DNA of 46,038 bases from a virus: IMG/VR virus record IMGVR_UViG_3300025890_000004, positions 1 through 46,038 of that record, one strand, 5' to 3'. Within the stretch, counting starts at the first letter, position 1. Each line of letters starts with the position of its first letter. The notes below the pieces were generated by a model, which did not search any database, was not told the DNA's origin, and saw only the letters and a list, made by a program, of their open reading frames with translations. Positions 10,801-18,374 of this stretch are shown piece after piece. The translations under genes were made by a program, and so were the position numbers.

Positions 10801-12262
10801 GGCTGCCCATGCTATGGTTATCATAGCTGCGTCACCTAGAGCCGGCGCAAAGGGTGCTACAATGGCACTCATGTTCCGTAAGATGGTTAAGGAGACTGAC
10901 CCTGAGGTTCTCAAGCTGTTCAACAAACGTATGTCAAAGCACTTCAACATTCCTGAGAATGAAGTTGAAGACATGCTCGAGTACGTACGTGAGAGCGGCA
11001 GGGGCATCGTTGGTGCTGACATCATGGAACTTGGTGGACGGCAGATTGAGTCCAATGCTAAGCGTGGTATCAAGAAAGGTATCTCGAAAGCTAATGACGT
11101 AGGTTTGGCCCCATTCAACTGGGGTGAGCGACAGAACCAATTGTCTGGCCTGTTCACATCAATCCTTGAGTTCAAGCTGGACAACCCCGGCGTTATGCTC
11201 AGAGGCAACATGACTGCTCGTCGGAGTATCGCTAGACGTGATGCTGACCTGACGTTCAACATGACCAACATGGCACGCTCATGGGCACAGGACGATTGGC
11301 GTAAGGTTCCCACACAGTGGCTGTCATACACCATGCGTTCCTTTGAAGCACTCTTCGTTGGACGTGGACTGAAGTGGGATGAGAGGGCTCGTATGTTCGT
11401 TGCTATGGCACCTATGTACGGCATGGCTGGCTTCGGTGTCGATGCAATGATGCCGGGTACATCTGAACACATTGCTGAGAAGTTTGGTTGGGAACCTAAT
11501 GACCCCCGCTACACTTTTCTCAAGTGGGGTGTAATTGACACCATGTCTGACCTGCTGATGCCTGACGATGAGACTGGTAAGGTTGGTATCGGTATTGCTA
11601 ACCGTATGTCCGTCATGGGTGGTGTCATTGAGACATACCGTAAGATGGAAGAAGGTAACTTCTGGGAGATCGTTGGTGGTCCCTCAGGAAGCATTGCCAA
11701 GGGTCTATGGGATGCAACTATGGACTTTATGGCTGTTGCTTCTGGGGATAAAACAGTAACACTCACAGATGCTGCCATGAAGGTTCTTCGTCAGCCTAGT
11801 GCTCTCGACAACTATGCCAAGGCTTACGGTATCCTGATGTACGGAAACTACCTGACCAAGAACGGCAAACCTGCTCCGTTGAAGTTCAGTACAATCGAGG
11901 GGGTTGCCCAAGCTATGGGTGTATCACCTTTGAAGCTACAAAACTACTACGCCGCTCAAACAGCTGTCTATCGTAATGATAAAGAGCTGAGAGAGTTCAG
12001 AGGTGAAATCAACACACTCGCTGAGCGTCTGATGCTAAGAGATCGTTCAACTGATGAGGGCATGAAGATAGCCACTGAACAGTTAAACGCTCTTGTTATC
12101 AAGGTTCAGACGTCACCGTTCAGCATTGAACAGAAAGAGTCTCTAATGCGTTCCATTGCAACAAGGGCAGAGTTAGCTAACCTTAAGTTAATCAAATCCT
12201 TAATAAAGGCTGGATACACAAACTGGGCTAAAATTATAGCAGAACAAGGGAAAACAGACTAA
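7820..12262 (+). CDS. large internal virion / DNA-ejection protein (1480 aa)
   Basis: Giant ORF in the position of T7 gp15/gp16. RBS is TAAGGAAATATCATG. The stop overlaps the next ATG (TAATG). Confidence 0.6.
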   Translation: MEPELTAEEYEEANAPAIGEEDNENAKADSYTEFDPAVGALYPDIEDPAEAKAALKGKVGGRVQEEFDRRYDEGNPQTAEELLASQQASNQMAEDVDGAENIDFQTALDAEDPKVNPSRFRYNLNNRIAQDILDTYKDEEQGWGGWLADLGGVIVYDSTVGIKGNLTGDDEKQGMLIQSKMITMSTENFKTWFKGYADEMARGPSGGINQMFLSDLQGFLNSGGYVAIADDNVSKFWGAVDLLGIGQTVTKAGKVVVQGTKASRRAKKLLKNIEDSPTPTPDSTKLAMSKGSETAEEILEASDDLSPTNFQMILEGSFEEGNNLTARPVVSMGSSERIVTEKTLLDRITRIVDSGAAGRVVDDAAIIKEAERVGKAGVKQLVKNKVSEKSFALFKTGVQRVGPREHYVMNLFGQSNGAPFKTEKEAAKVFSNVLKSNQSNVKVIPLDKTDASKGFVLSKTDNLNLTGLAPDLERAAIVEVTHGFWNNLFHKTGIANSTARDVGGWATENQLGEASINAMSVQKKVFDDVIGKLTGDEFKTFNTYKVIERDSILRDWKSANDFITDYTNKMGNPPTQAQVDAHKAMTQMEMTQWYLRSTSMMRDLVAHGYQGIGMNMGKEAGQWRTAGKKVSVTQLPDDTQIWYKNQEYLLKDIPDADKAKMTVFKTKDGFKPPNDAEGLFFHVANPDDIGLLTPSDAMGVAISGRVDYTHATHFIVVDGVRKKSLLSASSGKSAEAAAKQLEEVRRVAASDMPKGEKDAFIRANNDWNTTINSLDDFEKFSGKYNWNFKKHGVIGSKKRDQAVIDSISDDPVENLTAGQMASTSQIRGQERLMHVGGHKSEHLAPSNSVSIGLDNEIMRLAFEAGTTRSIEGWVKTAIREGYGEAWGLGTAGDNIVDYRRAFMNAKVRPEDMGHTGEAGAFASQMEHMRSVIHRRIGTKGPLQSMLEINAKRLQETVFDTMGKQVNLSDPTNVLLKVGFQSAFGFFNIFQAPLQAAHAMVIIAASPRAGAKGATMALMFRKMVKETDPEVLKLFNKRMSKHFNIPENEVEDMLEYVRESGRGIVGADIMELGGRQIESNAKRGIKKGISKANDVGLAPFNWGERQNQLSGLFTSILEFKLDNPGVMLRGNMTARRSIARRDADLTFNMTNMARSWAQDDWRKVPTQWLSYTMRSFEALFVGRGLKWDERARMFVAMAPMYGMAGFGVDAMMPGTSEHIAEKFGWEPNDPRYTFLKWGVIDTMSDLLMPDDETGKVGIGIANRMSVMGGVIETYRKMEEGNFWEIVGGPSGSIAKGLWDATMDFMAVASGDKTVTLTDAAMKVLRQPSALDNYAKAYGILMYGNYLTKNGKPAPLKFSTIEGVAQAMGVSPLKLQNYYAAQTAVYRNDKELREFRGEINTLAERLMLRDRSTDEGMKIATEQLNALVIKVQTSPFSIEQKESLMRSIATRAELANLKLIKSLIKAGYTNWAKIIAEQGKTD

Positions 12263-14847
12263 TGGCCGCTTTTACAAGACAGTTAGACGACATAGGTGCG
12301 CCTCCTACCAAGGTTAACATCCCCACTACTACAGGGGCTGGTATCATAGGGGGTGCACTCCCCGGCCTAGGTAAGATGCTTGCTGCTGCTACAGGACATG
12401 GGAAGGGCGGCTCCGGTGGCCCTACCTATGCCCAACGTGGTGCAGAGATCGACAGAGAAAGTATGGCAAACCTTGGAGACAAGGCTCTACAGTACCAGTC
12501 GCTCTTGAATGCAGGTAAGATCACTCCAGCGGTAGCAGCTGCCAAGAACGCAGAGCTGGTACAGAGTGCGTTGGGTCAGGGCATGGCCTTTAATGACATT
12601 AGTGCTGTCATGAAGGGTATCACAGGGGAAGACCTTGGTGAGTCCATGCAGTCCCCTGCTCAAGAAGCACACATGAAGATGATTGAGAGCGAAGAGTTCC
12701 AGACTGGTTATCGTCTGGCCCGTAGTTCTGGCAAGAGTGAAGAAGAAGCTAACGCAGAGGCCATGAACTTTGTTCTAGGTATGCAGAATGCAGCACAGAC
12801 GCTTCAGATGGATAACGTCAATGCCGTCAGTAAGGCAGGGGCTGTTGATACGCTACTTGATGCCTACCAGCTGTCTTTCGTTGATGCGTGGACCCAGAAG
12901 GCTGAACAGATGGGTGGCATGTTGACACAGGCTGACTTTGACTATGCTCAGAATGCCCTTGTTGGTATTAAGGACCAAATCTTTAAGATCAATGGTAATG
13001 CTGAAGACAAGTACACCAAAGAGACCATGAAGAGACTTGAGGGCTTCGAAAAGTTCATAGGGATTATTAAAGAAGCCTCTGACCCGGGCAAGAACCTTGA
13101 GCGTATGAAAGGTAACATCCTACGTAGTCTTTCGCAGTCTACAAACAAGAAGGCAACCATTGAAGAGTATGCTAAAATTGTAACTCTGGTCAATGACCCT
13201 GCATCCCTACAGGGGCTGTTTGCCTCTGCCGATGTGCTAAAGGGCCTACCTGAGTTGTCTCAAGTGTCTAACCACCTTGAGAACAAACGTCAACTCTTCA
13301 TTGATGCTGCTAACAACCTACCTAACATCCTGAATAGTTCTGACGCTGCTGAGAAAGCTGGCAAGGACCTTATTACAACCTTGGCCGGTGGACGTAGTAT
13401 TCCTGAACTTGATGAAGCTGGTCCCCTTAATATGGGCGACGGTACACGTCAGAAGCACACTGCTAGACTTCTGGAGGCTGTCAACAACACTGAATCAATG
13501 AGCAAGGAAGAAGGTATTGAGAACTTTGCGTACCTGTCAGCCACCTACGCTGCTGACCTAGCTTCTGCTAAACACAGGACCTCAGGTGAGGCTTTGGCAT
13601 CACAGTTCAACGCTGGCAAGGTAGAGTTGGCTCTGCAGAAAGTGGGCAAACTTGACCCCAATAAGGAAGCAATGCTCCGTGAGGTCTACCGTCAAGGTTT
13701 CGACAACCAGACCGTACTGCATCAGAACTACATTAGAGGTTTCTCAGAACGCCACGGTGTTATCTATGATGAGAAGGCACAAAGGTTCAAACTGGACCCC
13801 ACTCGCCCAGATGCTGCTAACATTAGACGTACAGCTGAACAAGGGGTACTCCCGTACAGAGGCGCTCCTCAGAAGTTTGAAATGGAAGGTGGTCAGGTAT
13901 GGCTCAAGACAGTTGGGGCTGAGTACGATAAAGCTCAGTCGTCCATTGATGCTATGTCAGCTCTCAAGGCTAACATGGAAACCCTTGCCCCTAAGGACAA
14001 AGACGATTTAGAGGCTATGGAAAAGCTGAAGAAGGAGATGGCTGGAGGTTCAGCCCTTGCTCAAGAAACACCTGAGGAAGGTGCTGTCTACGGCGACAAT
14101 GCTAAATTCTTTGTTGACAATGCAAAGGAAGCAGCTGCTGATGTAGTCAAGGCTGAACAGCTGAAAAAGTTTGAAGAGCAAGAGCAGATACGTATTGAAC
14201 GAGAAACTGAAGCTGCTGACCCTATAGTACGTGAAGCCAATGCTGACATTGGTAGTATCTCTGCCAAGTATGAAAGCAGAGGTGACTTCACTGCCTTTGG
14301 TAGGGACCGTACAGGCGGACCAAGCTATGGTAAGTATCAGATTGCTACGAAGACAGGGACGTTCAACAACTACATGGGCTTCCTGAAGAAACGTCATCCT
14401 GATACATATAAGCAGCTACAGGAAGCTGGTGGTGCAGGTGGTGCCCGTACAGGCTCCAAGGCGTTCCAAAGTGCATTCAAGAAGATCATGAGTGACCCTA
14501 AGAACGCTGCTACACAGCATGAGTTCATCAAGGCAACTCACTATGATAAGGCAGTCAAGAAACTTGGCAGCTCATTCAATGAAGCGTCAGCCTCCAAGTC
14601 CATGAAGGACGTTGTGTGGTCCCTTGCGGTTCAGCACGGCTCTGGTGGGGCTGCTAAAATCTACAAACGTGCTGTACAGAAGGTTGGACCTATGGCCTCA
14701 GAGCGTGAGCTGATCATAGCTATCTACGAGGAACGTGGTGCTAACGGTGGCAAGAAGTACTTTGGTCGTAGTACCGCCCAAGTGCAAGCCGCTGTATCAC
14801 GTAGGTTCAAAAATGAACTTCAAGATGCACTGAAAGGAACATCATGA
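12262..14847 (+). CDS. internal virion protein with C-terminal lytic transglycosylase-like domain
   Basis: The C-terminal ~200 aa carry KYESRGD...GGPSYGKYQIATKTG. These match the E-S ... G-x-x-Q motifs of family-1 lytic transglycosylases, as in the N-terminus of T7 gp16. Confidence 0.6.
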   Translation: MAAFTRQLDDIGAPPTKVNIPTTTGAGIIGGALPGLGKMLAAATGHGKGGSGGPTYAQRGAEIDRESMANLGDKALQYQSLLNAGKITPAVAAAKNAELVQSALGQGMAFNDISAVMKGITGEDLGESMQSPAQEAHMKMIESEEFQTGYRLARSSGKSEEEANAEAMNFVLGMQNAAQTLQMDNVNAVSKAGAVDTLLDAYQLSFVDAWTQKAEQMGGMLTQADFDYAQNALVGIKDQIFKINGNAEDKYTKETMKRLEGFEKFIGIIKEASDPGKNLERMKGNILRSLSQSTNKKATIEEYAKIVTLVNDPASLQGLFASADVLKGLPELSQVSNHLENKRQLFIDAANNLPNILNSSDAAEKAGKDLITTLAGGRSIPELDEAGPLNMGDGTRQKHTARLLEAVNNTESMSKEEGIENFAYLSATYAADLASAKHRTSGEALASQFNAGKVELALQKVGKLDPNKEAMLREVYRQGFDNQTVLHQNYIRGFSERHGVIYDEKAQRFKLDPTRPDAANIRRTAEQGVLPYRGAPQKFEMEGGQVWLKTVGAEYDKAQSSIDAMSALKANMETLAPKDKDDLEAMEKLKKEMAGGSALAQETPEEGAVYGDNAKFFVDNAKEAAADVVKAEQLKKFEEQEQIRIERETEAADPIVREANADIGSISAKYESRGDFTAFGRDRTGGPSYGKYQIATKTGTFNNYMGFLKKRHPDTYKQLQEAGGAGGARTGSKAFQSAFKKIMSDPKNAATQHEFIKATHYDKAVKKLGSSFNEASASKSMKDVVWSLAVQHGSGGAAKIYKRAVQKVGPMASERELIIAIYEERGANGGKKYFGRSTAQVQAAVSRRFKNELQDALKGTS

Positions 14848-15560
14848 AAAACCTAACGCACGGTGATACCCCAGAGATCATTGCTGCTTGTAAGAAACAT
14901 GGGCTCCTGAGAAATCAGGCTGCCTATGTCCTTGCAACTGCATACTGGGAGACGGCAGCCACTATGAAGCCTGTCAGGGAGTACGGTGGCGAGAAGTACC
15001 TCAAGTCAAAGAAATACTACCCCTACGTAGGCATGGGCTATGTGCAGCTCACTTGGAAGGCAAACTATGAGAAGGCATCAAGGAAACTTGGTGTTGACTT
15101 CGTGGAGAAACCTAAGCGGCTTCTGGAGCCTGAGTATGCAGCTGAGATACTTGTGGTGGGCTCGAAGGAAGGTTGGTTCACAGGTAAGAAGCTGTCGGAC
15201 TATATGACCCTCAACCGCTCAAACTACGTAGGTGCCAGACGCATCATCAACGGTACAGACAAGGCACATTCGATCGCCAACCTAGCTAAGAAGTACGATA
15301 AGCTGTTGCTTACTGACGGCTACGGTGTAGTCAACAGTAAGCCACTGAAGAAGTCCCGTACTGTTGGTGGCGGTACAGCTGCTGGCGCTGGTGGAGCTGC
15401 TGTGATCGTCAAGGAAGTCTCTGATGCTGTTTCTGAGCAGCAGGAGGCCCTTACAAGCGATTCTATCGTTGCGGTGGTTATAGGTGCCATAATTCTCTTA
15501 GGGGCTCTGACGGCCCTCTATGCCCGCTGGGATGACGCAGGGAGGCCAAAGCCGTGGTAA
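14844..15560 (+). CDS. GH19 (chitinase-like) endolysin with C-terminal transmembrane anchor
   Basis: ATAYWETAAT...E...YVGMGYVQLTWKANYEKASRKLGVDFVEKP matches the GH19 phage lysin pattern (HET/E...GRGxiQLT..NY). A Gly/Ala linker follows, then the TM helix IVAVVIGAIILLGALTALYA. Confidence 0.7.
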   Translation: MKNLTHGDTPEIIAACKKHGLLRNQAAYVLATAYWETAATMKPVREYGGEKYLKSKKYYPYVGMGYVQLTWKANYEKASRKLGVDFVEKPKRLLEPEYAAEILVVGSKEGWFTGKKLSDYMTLNRSNYVGARRIINGTDKAHSIANLAKKYDKLLLTDGYGVVNSKPLKKSRTVGGGTAAGAGGAAVIVKEVSDAVSEQQEALTSDSIVAVVIGAIILLGALTALYARWDDAGRPKPW

Positions 15561-15907
15561 AGTGGTTAGTAAGTCTTCTCCTGTCACCTGCCCTCAAGTT
15601 GGGTGAGAAGTACCTTGACAACCAGAAGGACAAAAATAAGCTGGAACATGCGACAACACAGGCAGCCATTGAGGCTGACTCTGCTGTACGTAAGATTAAG
15701 TTCGGCACATGGATGGGGCGTCTGCCCTTGTTCATAGCGGAAGTGACATGCGCAATCTACATAGGGGCTATATTCGTAGACAGCACATTTCCCTCAGACT
15801 ACCTGACACCATTAGAATTGCCCGAATGGTTCAAATCACACTTCAGTACAATTGTAGCCTCTGTGTTTGGCATAGCTGTCACACAAAGATTCCTAAATAG
15901 AAAGTAA
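15554..15907 (+). CDS. holin candidate (GTA-type 3TM holin-like)
   Basis: GTG start with GGGAGG 8 nt upstream, overlapping the endolysin stop. It has hydrophobic segments (LVSLLLSPAL, LPLFIAEVTCAIYIGAIFV, FSTIVASVFGIAV). Its position after a GH19 lysin mirrors the RcGTA lysis pair. Confidence 0.5.
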   Translation: MVKWLVSLLLSPALKLGEKYLDNQKDKNKLEHATTQAAIEADSAVRKIKFGTWMGRLPLFIAEVTCAIYIGAIFVDSTFPSDYLTPLELPEWFKSHFSTIVASVFGIAVTQRFLNRK

Positions 15908-15914
15908 GAGGGCG

Positions 15915-16118
15915 ATGGAAGAACAATGGAAAACCACTATGGAAGCTCGAATAACAAAACTGGAAACCACCAGTGCAGTTGAAGAGGAGCGGCACAGGGG
16001 GTACACAAGACGCCTTGATGCTATCGACGGCCACCTGTCATGGATACTTAAGCTGTTGGTAGGGTCAATCCTTATGGCTCTAATTACCTTCATGCTCAAA
16101 GGAGGTATGGTGCTATGA
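15915..16118 (+). CDS. small tail-anchored membrane protein (lysis accessory?)
   Basis: 67 aa. A charged coiled N-terminus is followed by a C-terminal TM (ILKLLVGSILMALITFML). Stop and next start overlap as ATGA. Confidence 0.5.
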   Translation: MEEQWKTTMEARITKLETTSAVEEERHRGYTRRLDAIDGHLSWILKLLVGSILMALITFMLKGGMVL

Positions 16119-16534
16119 AACCATTTATCAAAGGAGCCTATGGCTCACTGTTGGTCATACTTGCAACTGTGTTCATCGTCACCAATGCACCAACTTTGGA
16201 GGGAAAGCTCTTTCCGGTAGCCACAGCATACGATGTTGAAGCTGTCAAAGACGGAACTCACGTCATCCTGAGTGGTCAGATGGAGAAGACACGAACCTGT
16301 GAGTTCAGGGGAATGAAAGCATACCTCAAAGACCCCATCACTGGCCTCAGGGTCATTGCACCAATTGATGTGCAAGAGAGCATTAAACTAAGGCCACCGG
16401 GCGACCACAGTTGGGGCCCTTGGAAAATATTTGTACCGTGGTGGACATTTGAGCCTCAGGGTACATTCGAAGTTATTACAACACACAGGTGTCACCCTGT
16501 CTGGCTGACGATAACCAAGTTCTACGTGAGATAG
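16115..16534 (+). CDS. membrane-anchored protein (N-terminal TM, beta-rich ectodomain)
   Basis: 139 aa. N-terminal TM is GSLLVILATVFIVTNA. There is no lipobox, so it is not an o-spanin. Confidence 0.5.
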   Translation: MKPFIKGAYGSLLVILATVFIVTNAPTLEGKLFPVATAYDVEAVKDGTHVILSGQMEKTRTCEFRGMKAYLKDPITGLRVIAPIDVQESIKLRPPGDHSWGPWKIFVPWWTFEPQGTFEVITTHRCHPVWLTITKFYVR

Positions 16535-16543
16535 GAGTAACCA

Positions 16544-16819
16544 ATGGCCGTTAAGAAGAAGAAGAAGGCTAAACGTAATTATCGTAAGGAATACGACAAC
16601 TATCATGCTTCTGCAAAACAGAAGAAGAACAGGGCCTCCCGTAATGCTGCTCGAGCCAATGCTAAGAAGGCTGGCAAGAAGGTAGCCGGTAAGGACGTTA
16701 CGCACAAGGATGGCAACCCTAGGAACAACAAGGCGTCGAACCTAGGTGTCGCAAGCAAGTCGAAGAACAGGTCATACGCCCGTACCAAGACTGCCCGTAA
16801 GAAGAACCCCAGATCATAA
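16544..16819 (+). CDS. Lys/Arg-rich small protein with isolated HNH-like motif
   Basis: RBS AGGAG (gatAGGAGtaaccaATG). 91 aa. KDVTHKDGNPRNNKASNL matches the HNH core (vdHkDgn..NN...NL). It is the last gene before the terminator. Confidence 0.6.
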   Translation: MAVKKKKKAKRNYRKEYDNYHASAKQKKNRASRNAARANAKKAGKKVAGKDVTHKDGNPRNNKASNLGVASKSKNRSYARTKTARKKNPRS

Positions 16820-16823
16820 ACAC

Positions 16824-16878
16824 AAAAAAGCCCCCGTGCCGCCAAGGTTAATACCAAGGTAGCACGGGGGCTTTTGTT
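16824..16878. terminator. bidirectional rho-independent terminator between the convergent gene blocks
   Basis: The stem is GCCCCCGTGC (16830-16839) paired with GCACGGGGGC (16862-16871). AAAAAA lies on the left and TTTTGTTT on the right. The loop is 22 nt. Confidence 0.7.
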
Positions 16879-16942
16879 TATTCAAACCTCTTTTGCGTCA
16901 GAACAAGTTGTCGCGTATCTACTTTACGACAGAAAACAGTTG

Positions 16943-17407
16943 TTATGACGCAAAGCCTTCATCAATCGGCCTTTTCACTGAATAATTTTTAGGACACTTT
17001 GGCAAATCAATACGCCACACGACCGGACCGCGCTTACTAATATCCACCTTGTAACAGATGCCCACTTGTCCTAATCGGTCGTCGTATGAATTTTCTTCAG
17101 ACCCACCTGAACCTCCAATTACACCTCCAATTACACCCACAAATCCACCTGAGCCTCCAGATCCACCTGAGCCTCCAGATCCACCTGAGCCTCCAGATCC
17201 ACCTGAGCCTCCAGAGCCGCCTCCATTGCCAGAGCCTCCACCACAGGAGTTGCCTTGGCAATTGTTGCCTTGCCCGTTGTCGCCATTTGCGTCTCCTTGT
17301 CCATTGTCGTCCCCTATTTGACCTGTGTCAGGCCCACTTGCTTGTGAGTACGCAGGTGACGCAATCAATGCGCCAGCCAGAAACAGTGCTGCAGTAAGTT
17401 TAGTCAT
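16943..17407 (-). CDS. secreted glycine-rich, 4-Cys protein
   Basis: Sec-type signal MTKLTAALFLAGALIASPAYS|Q. Then GDANGDNGQGNNCQGNSC, a (GGS)n run and a C-terminal Cys-containing globular part. It is the terminal gene of the leftward block. Confidence 0.6.
   Translation of the reverse strand: MTKLTAALFLAGALIASPAYSQASGPDTGQIGDDNGQGDANGDNGQGNNCQGNSCGGGSGNGGGSGGSGGSGGSGGSGGSGGSGGSGGFVGVIGGVIGGSGGSEENSYDDRLGQVGICYKVDISKRGPVVWRIDLPKCPKNYSVKRPIDEGFAS
17145..17216. repeat. 18-bp x4 perfect tandem repeat (CCACCTGAGCCTCCAGAT) inside the Gly-rich gene
   Basis: Units lie at 17145, 17163, 17181 and 17199, and only the last base of unit 4 differs. The repeat encodes the GSGGSG run on the minus strand. 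Confidence 0.95.
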
Positions 17408-17409
17408 AT

Positions 17410-17694
17410 TTAGTTCTCCTTAGTTTCAAGATATTGACCAAAGGAATATTGGTCATGGTTGACTAGCTCGACAGTTAAGAAATCAACTGTAGCCTCATAG
17501 CCTCCTATGTATTCGCCATTGATAAAGACGGCTGGTACAGTTCTGATATGTTGGCTGTCCAAGAAGCGTCTTAGTTCAGTTGAGCCCTGATGGTCTATTG
17601 AGCACACAGTGGCGATCAAGCCTTGTTCAGCTACAAACGCACGTACCTTAGTGCACGACTCACAGTGAGCCTGAGAGATGATTGTGATGTTCAT
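17410..17694 (-). CDS. glutaredoxin / NrdH-like redoxin
   Basis: CESC active site (CxxC) and TVPAVFINGEYIGGY (glutaredoxin TVP..fI.G..IGG). ATG 17694 has GGAGG 7 nt upstream and overlaps the upstream stop (ATGA). The ORF-track start 17730 is probably too long. Confidence 0.75.
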   Translation of the reverse strand: MNITIISQAHCESCTKVRAFVAEQGLIATVCSIDHQGSTELRRFLDSQHIRTVPAVFINGEYIGGYEATVDFLTVELVNHDQYSFGQYLETKEN

Positions 17695-18371
17695 AGTGCA
17701 CCTCCAGCTTTCAAATGATCTTTCATCCATTCAGCAGATACTCCTGTAGGCAACAGGAACTTTGTCACAGGTGTATCAGGTTTCATGCTGACGAACATCC
17801 TGTCCAAGTCCTCCTTATTTTTGAACACTAGGTAGGTATTCCTTGAAGTTTTGGCCTGTATGAAGTACGCCAGTTGAGTGTTGTACCCCATGCTCATAAT
17901 GTACCAAGTCATGTATCCTCCGATCTGCTGACCATCAGCAAACACTTGGTTCATCGACATCTCCCTGTCATCAGTCCAAGCCCTGTGGAAGGCAAGTACT
18001 CCTTCGACTATCTGACGTTCCCCTCCAAGGAAAGCGAAGGCACATGCACTGACGCACCTGTCGCCCTCCACTACAGCTGCACCCAACTTCAGTTCATTGA
18101 ACAGCTGTCCCAAGAGGATACCCTCAGAGAACAGCCCTCCATTGCTATTCAAGATAACCATAGTGGTCTGGGGGTTGCTGTCCATATACAGCCGCATCTG
18201 CTGGGTCAGACCAGACTTGAACTCCCCCTTGATCAGTACTGCATCGTTGTCGATCTTTGTTATCTCATGGGCCTTGGCTAGAGTAGTGAAGAAAGCAAAT
18301 GCCACAACAACAATCAGTACAACTAGGGCAGTTAGTTTCCACGGCGTTTTTACATCATTAAACATATTCAA
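17691..18371 (-). CDS. membrane-anchored ClpP/SppA-fold protein (COG3904-like), putative
   Basis: N-terminal TM (LTALVVLIVVVAFAFF). VILNSNGGLFSEGILLGQLF and RCVSACAFAFLGG parallel ClpP INSPGG..aG..iyd and G.AASMGa.LLaaG. Confidence 0.45.
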   Translation of the reverse strand: MNMFNDVKTPWKLTALVVLIVVVAFAFFTTLAKAHEITKIDNDAVLIKGEFKSGLTQQMRLYMDSNPQTTMVILNSNGGLFSEGILLGQLFNELKLGAAVVEGDRCVSACAFAFLGGERQIVEGVLAFHRAWTDDREMSMNQVFADGQQIGGYMTWYIMSMGYNTQLAYFIQAKTSRNTYLVFKNKEDLDRMFVSMKPDTPVTKFLLPTGVSAEWMKDHLKAGGAL

Positions 18372-18374
18372 TCC

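Noticed and set aside
11958-11969. AAACAGCTGTCT, a 12-mer identical to the leader motif, inside the 1480-aa ORF.
   Set aside because: It is a single coding-region occurrence without the flanking CTTACAGTTG or T-rich parts. I cannot distinguish it from chance without a composition-aware scan.
17058-17397. Two + strand ORFs rich in PEPP or HLSLQI repeats.
   Set aside because: They are antisense products of the GGS-encoding tandem repeat. The minus-strand reading has a signal peptide and sits in operon context.
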